DNA from: Haliotis rubra
Taxonomy: Eukaryota
Length of the DNA stretch: 64,000 nt
Direction: 5' to 3'
Assembly (NCBI RefSeq): GCF_003918875.1
Contig: NW_025767318.1
Location: 496,001-560,000, forward strand
In this document: piece after piece, positions 1 to 14,500 of the stretch
Numbering within the stretch: position 1 is the first letter of the stretch
Layout: every line of letters begins with the position of its first letter
Notes under the pieces: generated by a model
What the model saw: the letters and a program-made list of their open reading frames with translations, nothing else
The model's database searches: none
What the model was told of the DNA's origin: nothing
Made by a program: the position numbers and the translations under genes

Positions 1-3000
1 GTTACCAAAATTATTACGTGTATAAACTATATTATTCATTACTTTTTATCAAACCTGCAAATGATGTCATTGTCATTTCTTTTCAGTAGTGTTGGGAATA
101 GGTTAAAATCTCATAATTGATGATTGGTTTATTACAACGGATCAATCATCGAAAAAAATTGGTTAGCGTCATTAATGAAATTTGTTAATGCACATAAAAA
201 TAAGGAAAAACATGTAGTTCTTTTGGTTTTGGGGCAAAATTTCACATCTTTAAAGGATGACTAGTATGTTAGGAACATAAATTTCTTGGTGTCTTTAAGA
301 TATATTCAATCATGACTTGGAACGAGCTTGTAGTGCTTATGAAATGTGACAGACAAAACCAGCCTTGTGAAATATATAGTTTATGAAAACAAGTGTTCCA
401 GAATTGTTTGTGTTCGATTATGAGAAAACATGATCGACTGCTTGGTCGTTTAGTCACTGCGACCAATCTTCGATTATTTAAATTAATCGGATCACCACTA
501 CTTTTCAGTATGCATCAAAGCTTCAGATGAATAAAATCAAAACAATGTACAAAATATTGTGGAAGTTTCCAGTACTTCCAGTACTTGTCATTGAATGTGG
601 AAATATAACACAGGCCATTTTACTGATGAAAGATGTCTATATTGTAACAACATGGAAAATGCCCAGTCTGTGTGCTGTAAGGTTTTACTCAACCAAGAAT
701 TAAACACACTACTCTATATGTACTCATCCATATTATGACACAGAATGTTAATGTGAATGAAAACCTTTGGATGAATAGGCAGCATGGGTTGTATGTTTCC
801 CATGGAGCTGAGATATAATTTGAATGCACATCGATCCATTGATCATGTACATTCATCATCTTTAAGTATGACTGTCCTCAGCTTGACATCTTGTGCTTCA
901 TAGTGGCCAAGTGGCACTTCCCCACTACTTCATTTCGAGGCATGAGTAGATGCAATATGAATTGTGATTTCTGTGAATAATGCGGACCGAAGTTATAATT
1001 ATTGGTAACTGCCAGTTGTCTTGTGGTCTGAGTTGGCCGCGATTAGGACCCCATCGCGGGGGTCGGCTTATGTACAAAACATACCATTTTGAAACTGATT
1101 TTAAGGGTCAAGTTAGGGAGTCGACTTACCTATGAGATAGGCTTATCTACGGTAATATATGGTATATCTTTATCAGAACAATCTTCAAGGACTTGATGTG
1201 ATTGCAAGTATTACTGAAAGGCTGTACTCGATGACTAGTGAAGATGTGTGGAATTAAAGTCACTGATATCAACATGGATCACACGACAAAACAGAATAAT
1301 GTGAAGTATGTTTTAAAACTACTCAGATGAAGGAATCTTTCACACTTTATACAGCATGATACACAAGCCCAACTAAAGAAAGGCTATTGTTTCCCATGAC
1401 AGACCTGTCACAATCTTAATTTGTTTTTTGTGTAATGTCACATTCAGCAATATTACATGACTGGTCTGTCCATCAGAATGTCTGGACCAGACAATCCAGT
1501 GACTGACATACAGGAACATAGAACCAGCCGAATCAACCAACCTGACCACCCAAACTATTCACCCGCCTCTTGACCAGCTTGGCATTGGAGACCTGACTTC
1601 TTAAAATATATTTGAAATACAATGCTCAGTTGTAATATCAATATTGATACTATATTTCTAGGACTACGCAGCCTTTCAGATGTGTACAGTGAGCATGTTC
1701 AATGGAAACATGATGATCTATGGAAATTGATACAACAGATCTTGGCCCTTATTCTCGAAACGTTCGTAGCCCTAAAAATTCTTAACTTTGATCGTAGCCA
1801 ATGTATTAAGAATGGGCTAAAGAAGTTCGTAGGGCTACAAACGTTTCGAGAATAGCTAGCCTGCAGGACTTAGACAAAAGTCACAAAGTCATGTTTAAGG
1901 AGCTCTACTAATCTTTCATACAAATACAAAATCATGGTCATCTCGACATGAACATCAAGAGAAACAAGATTAACTAAAGACATTACACTTCCATGATATA
2001 TGATCTTGACCATAATATGGTTCCTTCACCTTGTCTGGAACATCAAAACTGATGTATGCATTACTATGAACACTGTACAAGTAAGGTCTATGTTTGTCAT
2101 TTACAGTGAACTTCCCACTATATGACGGCAATCTGTGGACTATCAAGTCTGGACCACACAATCCACTGATGATTATTGTGATGAATGATTCATGCCAAGC
2201 AACCAAGTCACATAGAATGACCACCTTGTCCAATAGGTCACCTCTTGCTACCGGCACTGACAGCTGGGGACCAGTTCTAATCTGGATTCCCCCTGGATAG
2301 GAACTACACATCTAATCCTTCATCAGGCTGGAAACAGCAAGATCTACAGGATGTTGTTGACAATTGCCTCCAAAGAAGATCCTGTGTTTGATGGCATTGA
2401 GAGATCCCCAACTCTGATCTTGCCTTGGTCTCACTTATCAACATCCTAAATACACGAGTCTTCCACATCTACTACAGTGTGTCACATTATGACATGAACT
2501 GAGCACAGGAAACACCTCAACAAATCACTGACACGTTTGGCAAACATTTAACATTCCATGATCTTCATCAGTACTGATCTGTCTATTCATCATGAGTTCT
2601 TTTGTATCTCATCCTTCAGCTTATGAAAAAGTAGATTCGTTGATACCTCTGCAAAGCAGCATTTTAAACACCAGTGTCTCAATACGCACATCATCATCAT
2701 CATCATCATCATCATTCATCATTATCATCATCTCTTGTAAACTTCTTTGTGAAGCATTTGTAAGTTGTAAAACTACTTCAGCTCTGGCTACTTCTGTCTG
2801 TAAATCCCATCACTTATCAGGTAGTGTAGAATCAAGAAGGTAGTGGTTACATAATGCCCATCCACCATAAACCATTTGCTAAAGAATCTCCCACAACATG
2901 TCTCTTCATGACTGCAGTCCCAGATATATCAGTCTGGGTATATCCCTGCTCAACAGTAGGTCCAAACAGGGTCCCTGGAGGTGTAGTGGATGTACTTCCA

Positions 3001-3266
3001 TTTTTCAGACTTTTTGATCTGACACCATGAGTAGATCATGACTTGGATGCAAGACATAGAATCTGTTGGCCAGAATCTTGATTCACTAATGCAGATGCCT
3101 GAAGCATGTGTATCAAATATCCACCTACCAGAGTTATAGTAACTCAAGACAAGGACACTAACACCTGGTCAGGTGGTTACAACAGCCAACTGTCAACACG
3201 CCATCAGCACAAAGATGTCACCAGCAGCATATTTCAACATCCATCAGTCCAAGGGCATCTCCCTGG

Positions 3267-3500
3267 CTACAATTTTCCAGAATCCTTTTCATCTGTCCCA
3301 CTCGCAGCATCTACACCCTTCACCTCCACCCCCGTTTCCGTGACCAGCAACTCCATCTTGTTTGCCTGCTTGTTCTTGAAGGCCTCAGCAATGGCCCTGG
3401 CTACGTCTGTGTGTCCCAGCCCAACCATCGTCTGACCATTGACCTCAAGAATCACATGACCGACCTTCAAACCACCGGACTCAAATGCTGATCCCCCAGG
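3267..3500 (-). CDS. WHRN: Whirlin terminal coding exon: PDZ3 second half and tail
   Basis: TTTCAG|[42 protein letters not shown]...MELLVTE...DSGKL*. Confidence 0.95.
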   Translation of the reverse strand, partial: PGGSAFESGGLKVGHVILEVNGQTMVGLGHTDVARAIAEAFKNKQANKMELLVTETGVEVKGVDAASGTDEKDSGKL

Positions 3501-5526
3501 CTGAAATATAAGATATGGAATATTGTTGAAGATAGTATTTCTTTTCTGTTACAAGTGAAACAATTTCAGTATCCTATCAACAAAGATAAACTAAGGTAAA
3601 TACAAGAAAGTAGTGACCCTGACCTTGAATTCATACTGTTTGATTGTGTTCAATACAATTTATGGGAGCAGTCATTTATTAATAGTGAGGGTGTGGGCTC
3701 GGGAGCCATTTCTGCAACTGAACACACGGAACTGGCAGTGCATATTGGGGACATGTGCACACGTATTTCTTAAAAGTACAGGATGCAATAATATACCTGT
3801 ACATTGATGACCCGTGGAAGGGGTTGTCTGGTATTGGCCCCACCTTCAATAGCAAGGCCCAGGGTGGGTTTAGTTCTGTACAGGTTCACCAGGTGGAGTG
3901 GAATGTCGCCGTACACCTCCCTGTACTTGGCCTTCATTGATTCCTCCTGAAAATGAATATGGTTAACATGGGTCAAAATCATGTGAAAAATATGGTAACA
4001 TGGAATAAACTTCTAAAACTCCCTAAATAGCAAAAAGCACCAGTTCACCTTCTGGCCTTGTCAAAGTTTCATGATATAATACCTCTCAGTTCTAGAAACA
4101 TGATTCGGACAAAAATTTCCTATGGATTGACAAGCTGATTATTATATCTCCCCCCCATATAACCTACTGGAGTCACGATACCAACAACAACGATAATAAT
4201 AATAATAAATTCAAACTAATGTACTTCAAACTAGACAAATTTTATGGATAACAACTTCTTTATTTCGTAAGCATGATGTTTCGAAACAGCTCTTTGTACC
4301 GTTGTCAAGCAGGAAGGACAATGGTACAAGAATCTGTATCGAAACGTCACACTTCTAAAATGCCACTCAGAGAAGTAATGATACTTCAATAACAATTTCA
4401 ATATTGATATATTATCTGAAGGTAGTATAAACCTCTCTCATGAAAATATATTGTTTGGCTGGAAGGGCAAAAATAATAATCCACTAAATGTGGTCTTTCT
4501 TATTGTGAAATATACACTATATAAGATGAGTTTGAAAAATATGAAGCCAAACTTTCAATATGTGCAGCGGGAAATATTAACTTATTATAAATCCACCAAA
4601 TACATTGCCTTTTCCAACGCGCGGCAAACACAGTTTTTTACATTCTGGTCCTCCTTCCATACACTATTTTCAAATATCAGTACTCATGATGTATCCTTTT
4701 ATCATCCAAAACTGTGTTCCACAGGAGATATCGCTTGTGTGAGATCAAACGATATCTCCTAGGAGATATCGTTTTGACAGTAGATTTTGTACAATGCCCT
4801 GACAATGCTATGATGTCATGTACTTGATGACGTCACAATGCTATGACATCGCTGCACTGCAAGTCTAATGGCAGTACCATGTTCAGAGATGTACATTTTT
4901 CATTGAAAATTAATGAAGAATGATTTTGGATGATAAATAGAATCTCACCCTCGTGTCTTCTGATATCAAATATATCAACACTCGTTGATAAAAGTAAAAA
5001 TATCCTTGGCAAGCCTCGGATATTTGTAACTTTATCAACTCGTGTTGATATAATTGATATCAGAAGACACTTGGGTGAGATTCTCTATATAACAATTGCA
5101 GTATATAATTGCGGGCATAAGCATATAATGTGTATTTGTATATACATATGTATATTGGATGAGCACGTGTATGGACGTGTCCGCAGATGAACATATGTAT
5201 GTGTGTGGAAGTATATAAGAATGTATATGTACATGCACCTAAAGTATAAAAGCTGAAGTGTGTGTATGTATACGAAACAGTGTCCCTATTATGTATCAGC
5301 TAAGCAGCAAATACGCTTCATGATTACTGCAACTACGCAGATCTATTACTACACATACTACTGTGTCTACAAAACTGAAAATATTATAAAGCAATATTGT
5401 AACATGTGATATGTATACTGCATGAAAGTGGTGTGTAACGGAAAAAAAACTGTATTCTATAGAATGTAAAAACTGTATTCTACTCCGAGTTGTGACTTGT
5501 ACAACATTCAAATGGGAAATAAAAAC

Positions 5527-5557
<31 letters not shown>

Positions 5558-8500
5558 TTCCATATTTTGTGAACATAATGACAATAAATATTTTTAATAG
5601 TAATGATAATTAAAAACTTATTTCAAATAACATGACATTTTGTAACAATATGAATGATTTCAAAAACAAAATCAATAACGCCAATGCCATTCCTATGATA
5701 GTAATAACAAAACACCTTCTCATGTAGTTCAATATACGCGACATCAGCTGTGGAGTACACCATTGGCCTGGGGATACGGAACGGCTCAACCGACAGACAT
5801 CCCTCCATCCAAACAACCACCATCCAGATGCCACCACTGTCCCATAACCACCACTGTCCCACAACGATGATAACTGGACAGATTCACACTGGATCTCAGC
5901 CCATCATCCAACACCACAACGTGGATAATTGGGCAGATTCACAAAGGATCTCAGCCCATCATCCAACACCACTACGGTTCTTCAAGTACAAGGATAACTG
6001 AGCAGATCAACCCTGGATCTCAGCCCTTCATCCAACGCTGCCAGGGTTCTTCAAGCAATCGTTGTATTCACATAAACCATGCAACCCAGTTGTTGATCGT
6101 CTAGTGTTGTATTCACAAGGTGCAGAGATTCAGAACAAGGATATTCTGAAGTTCTCTATATCATCAGCTATTATCAGTTCTCATCATAATCATCAGTTTG
6201 CATTGGTCAAGGTTCTCAGTTATTCATCAGTTCGTATCATAATCTTCAGTCACCATCGGTTAAAATCATCAGTTATGATCTAATCTTCAGTCACCATCGG
6301 TTACAGTTATCAGTTATGATCTAATCTTCAGTCACCATCGGTTACAATCATCAGTTATGATCTAATCTTCAGTCACCATGAGTCATCCTGTAAGACTACA
6401 ACCAGCTCCCAGCTGTCATGTATCCCTTGGTCACAACATATCACAGATTTCGTCAATGTGATCAGCCGATCTTCCATGTACAGCTGCATCCCTCACATAC
6501 AGGAAGGATAACATGCTACATTAACTAAACTTGTGGAGAACCTTGCGCCAGAGTTACCTTCTCATTAATATCATTCAAGAGGATGATATTCACTGTCGAA
6601 CACACATCCATCAACAGAATATCACGATCGAAACATAACGCTATATAAGTTAATGAGATCTATTCTTCTCATGATATTCTTCCATTTAGTGTTATTAATA
6701 TGAAACCTTATCACAGAGAGACATAAGCTATAAATCCAACTGTCGTTAGTAACAGATGCTCCATGTACTTTCAGTGAATCCATTAAACACAAGTAAACAT
6801 TGAGGCTCTGGTCACATGTATCAGTGCGTTTCCTTCATACATCAACCACAGAAGTCAACAACAGTGGAATTCGATTTATCACAACATATCGTTTCCTGCT
6901 GCAAAGTCATTAAGAATATCCACACGCAGCATGGCATCCTCTGAGATTATTCTGGTTTAACAACGTCTAGATTACTGACTGTAGTTGACGTAGGTTTCTG
7001 TAACAACCCTGTATGTAGCTTATCCACACACACAATCCTGAACTGGAGAATCTCATTAGTGGAAGAATATTTCTAGATGATTGATATGTTTTAGAAACTT
7101 CATTAATCTTTGCTATGACAAAACCACATTGAAGACTGGGAACACTGATTTCATTTGTACACATTTCAGCTGTTGATTTTTCTTTAATATTTCTCATGAT
7201 GTGTTTTAGAAATCAAGAACATATTTTTTGTGCCAAAATCTAATTTGATAAAGGTAACGCTTTCACTTTGAGCACAATTTTCAACAGCTGATAGTTTCTT
7301 CTGCCAATCTTCAAAATTCTAAAAACTGTGACAAAACAAATTGGATAAAAATAACAATTTTTGATGCAGTCCTCTTCAAAGTTTGTATATTAATGAAATC
7401 TTTTTTCTATTACAAACCAACTTGGGCATAGATAACATGCTTCTTCTTTGATCACATGTTTTAGTTCCGAACATTACTAAAAGGATGATCTCAAAGAAAT
7501 GTTTCACAACCTGTAACTGTTTTCTATGATACCACTATGTTGAAGCAAAAAAAAAAAGATTCCTGGATCCCATTCTGAACCAACAATCAATTCTTATTCA
7601 ATGCATGTACTTCATTGCCTCATCCATGAGTGAGTGAATGTTGTTTTGCGCAGCATCAACAAAAAGAAAAACACTAGATCAGACGCATTTCCCAAGGTCA
7701 AGGACATGTGTCTCACTGAACTGTTCACAAAACACAATTCACAACAACACAGTCATCCAACAACACCTTCAGGGCCTGAAGTTCATAATGCTATCGCCAA
7801 CAATATGAGCCCGTATGGAAAATTGATTGCCATGTCCATTAGGTTTATGACTACTGACCATTATATAGTTGCTGGTTCAATTATTTGGATTGAATAATAC
7901 GTTGACAGTCTGGTCCAAGCCACTTTATTCCCTTCCAGACCTTTGTCTACATTAGTGTGCTGATAGCGATGTCATATAACAGACACCATCATTTCACTCT
8001 ACTGCGTCACATCACTGTCAGTTGTGGCACTGAATCCAGGAACTGTGATTGATTTACAGAGTCAGCAAAAACAATTAGATGAGTAGCGATGTTAATGGCT
8101 CCTGGTGTGTGTTGTATCAGATGACTGCTCCATTGGGCTTTGATTCCAGAAACGATGTCTGTTTGAATAACATGACGTATTCCCATCTATCAGTACCGTC
8201 CAGCTGACAAGCATCACCTAATACATTTATACATCTCTCATGATAATGTTTCGGTATCTCAACAATCCTTTCCAAAACATGACTTCTGTGTGGTTGTAGT
8301 TACATGAATAGTGACCAGTCATCCATCAGCTCCACACAGTTAAATGTACAACATAATGCCACATGTCCACTTTCAGAATAGTGTCAATCAAAAAGTTCAA
8401 CATAAGTCCATCTGCTGAATAGGGTCAATCACAAATGACCACTCATGTCCATTTTCAGAATAGTGTCAATCAAAAAGTTCAACATAAGTCCATCTGCTGA

Positions 8501-11500
8501 ATAGGGTCATCACAAATGACCACTCATGTCCATTTTCAGAATAGTGTCAATCAAAAAGTTCAACATAAGTCCATCTGCTGAATAGGGTCAATCACAAATG
8601 ACCACGCACCTGTGTGGGGCATTTTGTCAATCACAAATCACCCCAAAGTCCCTATTCAGAATCTCCTTGACCAGTGAAGTAAAACTAACCACTGTTTGAA
8701 AGAACCATCAACTCATCCCTGAAACTTCTTCATGCTCCGGACTGGAGAGGAAGAGTGAAACATAATTCAAAATCCATGGAAACAAAACCACATATCTCCA
8801 TATTCCACATCTACAATCCCATTAGCACTCACAAGTCATTACAGTATTACCACCAGCTGGTCATTGGCTGATTCCGACTATTGTTCCATACTGACCACTA
8901 TAGCAGCAGGTGCCCCATGTGTCCAGGTGACCAGCGGGGATGTATTGTATCAGATGCTGACATGAGTGCAAGCTAATCCTCTGGAACAACACTCTGGATC
9001 AATATGATATCTGATAGCTCATCATCATTAGCAGCTTGGTGAAGTTTGCGTCGGAAACGGATAATGTGTTCATCTGATGTGTTCAACTGTCGGGCTATTA
9101 TGCAATCATCACTCTGTCACGAAAAATCAATCAGGTAGCCATTGATATCATGGACTCAAACTGTGGCAAAGATGAAAAATTACTTGATTTCATGTAAGAG
9201 AACATCAAGTTGCAGACTATTTTATACGAAGAAAATATGACACCAATCTTTCAAAATAAACGGTCATGAATTCATCATTTCTCAAAAATATACATAAAGT
9301 CATAAAGACGTAATTTCTTTAAATGCAAACTTTATAAAACTATACACCAAGTCAGTGATGCAAAACGAAAATCACTCTGTTCACATTGGTGTTATAATAG
9401 GACCCAGTTAACGTAAGTTAAACCATGACTCCTTTGTTTCAGATTAGGGTTTAACTGACCGCCAAATCAGTTAAACCCTGGACCAGAACTACTTTCCAAA
9501 CAACAAACAACTAACTTGCAGTAAAGTTGTATTCGAGATAATTTACATTTTGTGGGGTTGTTTTTACCACCTCTGGGTTTTACTCAGCATTTCACGGTTT
9601 AAATATGGAGCCCTCAAACCTAAACATAATCTGAAGCTGATTAGCCCCAGACTAAGGCTCAGTTAAGTTATTCAGACTAATTGCAAACTCAAATATTTAA
9701 TTGTTATAAAAAGACTATACATGTATTATAATATCAATATACAATGTAACTTAAGAAACATAAATAAATATTAACAAAATATCATTAAAATATAGTATTT
9801 ACATGGCTCTATCAATGTTTAGTAAGGGGACTCTCGGTAATACATACCGGAAATGAAAGGGACTCTTGGTAATACATACCGGAAATGAAAGGGACTCTTG
9901 GTAATACATACCGGAAATGAAAGGGAATCTTGGTAATACATACTGGAAATGACTGACTGACTGACTGAGTTTGATTAATACGATGCTTTTAGCAATATTC
10001 CAGCAACATCACGGCTAGGGACACCAGAAATGGGCTTCACACAATGTACCCATGTGGGGATTCAAACCCGGATCTTCGGCGTGACGAGCCAACGCTTTAA
10101 CCACTAGGCTACCCCACCGCCCCTACCGGAAATGAAAGGGACTCTTGGTAATACATACCGGAAATGAAAGGGACTCTTGGTAATACATACCAGAAATGAA
10201 AGGGACTCTTGGTAATACATACCGGAAATGAAAGGGACTCTTGGTAATACATACCAGAAATGAAAGGGACTCTTGGTAATACATACCGGAAATGAAAGGG
10301 ACTCTTGGTAATACATACCGGAAATGAAAGGGACTCTTGGTAATACATACCGGAAATGAAAGGGACTCTTGGTAATACATACTGGAAATGAAAGGGACTC
10401 TTGGTAATACATACCGGAAATGACTGACTGACTGACTGAGTTTGGTTTTACGATGCTTTTAGCAATATTCCAGCAACATCACGGCTAGGGACACCAGAAA
10501 TGGGCTTCACACAATGTACCCATGTGGGGATTCAAACCCGGGTCTTCGGCGTGACGAGCCAACGCTTTAACCACTAGGCTACCCCACCGCCCCTACCGGA
10601 AATGAAAGGGACTCTTGGTAATACATACGAGGAAATGAAAGGGACTCTTGGTAATACATACCGGAAATGAAAGGGACTCTTGGTAATACATACCGAAATG
10701 AAAGGGACTCTTGGTAATACATACCGGAAATGAAAGGGACTCTTGGTAATACATACCGAAATGAAAGGGACTCTTGGTAATACATACTGGAAATGAAAGG
10801 GACTCTTGGTAATACATACCGAAATCTTTGGATTGACTGACTGACTGACTGAGTTTGGAATCGATGCTTTTAACAATATTCCAGCAACATCCGGCTAGGG
10901 ACACCAGAAATGGGCTTCACACAATGTACCCATGTGGGGATTCAAACCCGGGTCTTCGGCGAGACGAGCCAACGCTTTAACCACTAGGCTACCCCACCGC
11001 CCCTACCGGAAATGAAAGGGACTCTTGGTAATACATACCGGAAATGAAAGGGACTCTTGGTAATACATACCGGAAATGAAAGGGACTCTTGGTAATACAT
11101 ACCGGAAATGAAAGGGACTCTTGGTAATACATACCAGAAATGGAAGGGACTCTTGGTAATACATACCGGAAATAAAAGGGACTCTTGGTAATACATACCG
11201 GAAATAAAAGGGAATCTTGGTAATACATACCGGAAATAAAAGGGACTCTTGGTAATACATGTTGAGAATCAGAAAGACATAGCAATGCATACTGGGGATT
11301 CTTGTAATATATACTGAGGATCAAAAGGACTCAGTAACACATATTAGGGATCAAAGGGACACTCAGTAATACCAGTACATGTTGGGAATCAGAGACTCTC
11401 AGTAATACATGTTGGGAATCAAAGGGACTCTCGGTAATACATGTTGGGAATCAAAGGGACTCTACGGTAATACATGTTGGGAATCAAAGGGACTCTCGGT

Positions 11501-14500
11501 AATACATGTCGGGAATCAGAGACTCTCAGAAATACACCATGTCGCAGTTAAGCATGAATACCTCACTCAGACACATTATACTGACTCCGAGCCAACCAGT
11601 CCTTGTTGTACCCAGTAATACCGAGCGCCAGGCAGGGACCAACAAGTACCATATTTTAACATCTTTTGGTATGACGCAGCCGGGGATCGAACCCTGACCT
11701 TCCGCTCTCCGGGCGGACACTCTAACCACTACACCACGGAGGCGGTCGGGAATCAAAATAAAAAAAATAAAATGTATATACAACCATGATGTGAGAGTTT
11801 CTCTAAACTTTCAGACTGACTCGTTGACCAAGTAATTACTTGCCTCATACACACGATAGGGTCTTCATGAGGTGTACTGCTTAGCAGATATGGTAAATGT
11901 AACATGACATATAATTCATTGGAAAAAGATTAACACAAAACTGCTTAAAGTATTTTGAAATTTTACTGTTGTACCTCATAAAATGTGTGTACTTCTGAAG
12001 AGAAAGATCATCAGCTCTTTCATGTCACTATAGTTAATATGATAACGTTCCATTAGTTTTGTCTGCCTACAGACATGCTCACAATCCATATTTAGTTACT
12101 AATGATTTCACATTTGAGTTTCAGCTTGAAATTTATCTGCTTTTCATGTGCTTTTTAACTCAGACAAATACATAAATTGTAGCACACATGGTACCACACA
12201 TGAAGACCCCCAGCTGACATGTATGATATGAGAATGTATACACCTTGTGTTATAAACTAATCAATACCTGGTCGTTTCACACATGTCTAATGACACAAGC
12301 ATGTTCCCACTCTCTGGAAACTGGGAAACTCGTTAACCTTGGCTGGCACATTATTGTACATATTGATATGTTATATGTTCTTAAATGTGCATGGTCATGC
12401 AACATCTCATTATTATCCTGCTCTTAAAAGTATCACATATTGAACAAAAGAAAAAACGTCTCTCTACTAGTAAAACAAACAAACAAACAGTCTGTTTGTC
12501 GGCCTGAAACGTCCTAATCAGACACATACCAGGATACGGCCTCCACACACACAGTACGAAGACATCCTATACTATCTCACCAACTGTGAAGACACATGTC
12601 CATGTACCACAGATAATACACTTGTTGTTCAGCATACGTTCTTCAATAAAGCAGGTAAGACCATTATGAGCAGTTGATGGTTGTCCTTGACTAAATCAAT
12701 ACCACCTGACATATATAAGAAGATATTTTTCACATAAATACTGGAATTATTGTAATAGTGATATAATACTCTTTGATTACATCTACTAAACCTTGACTTG
12801 ATCAGGTTCTTGTGATGATCAACCTACCCAAACATTTGCAAAATAAAACATTTAAAAATGATAATGCAACATTTGAAAAATAAATGTTTTTAATGTCATC
12901 AACTTTGGAATTTGTAATTGAAACCGATGATTCCTCAGAGTAATAACAACGTAATATCAAATGTCTGTCCCTGTTTTAAAATGTTTCAAGAAACCATACA
13001 CTATAACAGAACATGACCTGGAACCTCCAGAACAGCAGAAGTAACATAGACCTCCATAGAAGACTGTGGTATAATAGAACAGGACCAGATTGAAAACCAG
13101 AAGATGTCTGTGGTATAATAGAACAGGACCAGATTACAGGAACCTCCAGAACAGCAGAAGTTCCTCCATAGAAGACTGTGGTAATAACAGAACATGACCA
13201 GAACAGGAACCTAAGTATCAACCTCCATGTCTGTCCCAGATTGTGAAGCAACCCAAACTAACAACTTCTGTTTCAAGAAACCTTAGAAGACTACACTATA
13301 ACAGAACACTATAACAGAACAGGACCAGATTACAGGAACCTCCAGAACAGCAGAAGTAACATAGCAACCTCCATAGAAGACTGTGGTATAATAGAACAGG
13401 ACCAGATTACAGGAACCTCCAGAACAGCAGAAGTAACATAGCAACCTCCATAGAAGACTGTGGTATAATAGAACAGGACCAGATTACAGGAACCTCCAGA
13501 ACAGCAGAAGTAACATAGCAACCTCCTCCATAGAAGAACTGTGGTATAATAGAACAGGACCAGATTACAGGAACCTCCAGAACAGCAGAAGTAACATAGA
13601 ACATAGAAGACTGTGGTATAATAGAACAGGACCCAGGAACCTCCCAGAACAGCAGAAGTAGAGATTACAGGAACCTCCAGAACAGCAGAAGTAACATAGC
13701 AACCTCCATAGAAGACTGTGGTATAATAGAACAGGACCAGATTACAGGAACCTCCAGAACAGCAGAAGTAACATAGCAACCTCCATAGAAGACTGTGGTA
13801 TAATAGAACAGGACCAGATTACAGGAACCTCCAGAACAGCAGAAGTAACATAGCAACCTCCATAGAAGACTGTGGTATAATAGAACAGGACCAGATTACT
13901 CCATAGTAACATAGCAACCTCCATAGAAGACTGTGGTATAATAGAACAGGACCAGATTACAGGAACCTCCAGAACAGCAGAAGTAACATAGCAACCTCCA
14001 TAGAAGACTGTGGTATAATAGAACAGGACCAGATTACAGGAACCTCCAGAACAGCAGAAGTAACATAGCAACCTCCATAGAAGACTGTGGTATAATAGAA
14101 CAGGACCAGATTACAGGACCTCTCAGAACAGCAGAAGTAACATAGCAACCTCCAGAAGACTGTGGTATAATAGAACAGACCAGATTACAGGAACCTCCAG
14201 AACAGCAGAAGTAACATAGCAACCTCCATAGAAGACTGTGGTATAATAGAACAGGACCAGATTACAGGAACCTCCAGAACAGCAGTAACATAGACAGATT
14301 ACAGGTAGCATAGCAACCTCCATAGAAGACTGTGGTATAATAGAACAGGACCAGATTACAGGAACCTCCAGAACAGCAGAACAGCAGAAGTAACATAGCA
14401 ACCTCCATAGAAGACTGTGGTATAATAGAACAGGACCAGATTACAGGAACCTCCAGAACAGCAGAAGTAACATAGCAACCTCCATAGAAGACTGTGGTAT

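Noticed and set aside
6480-7200. Possible degraded LINE endonuclease
   Set aside because: Only a VTET-like fragment is visible, which is too weak without a profile search.
9824-11530. CRISPR-like array of 32-bp repeats
   Set aside because: Units are head-to-tail with no unique spacers, the interruptions are SINEs, there are no cas genes, and it lies in a eukaryotic intron.
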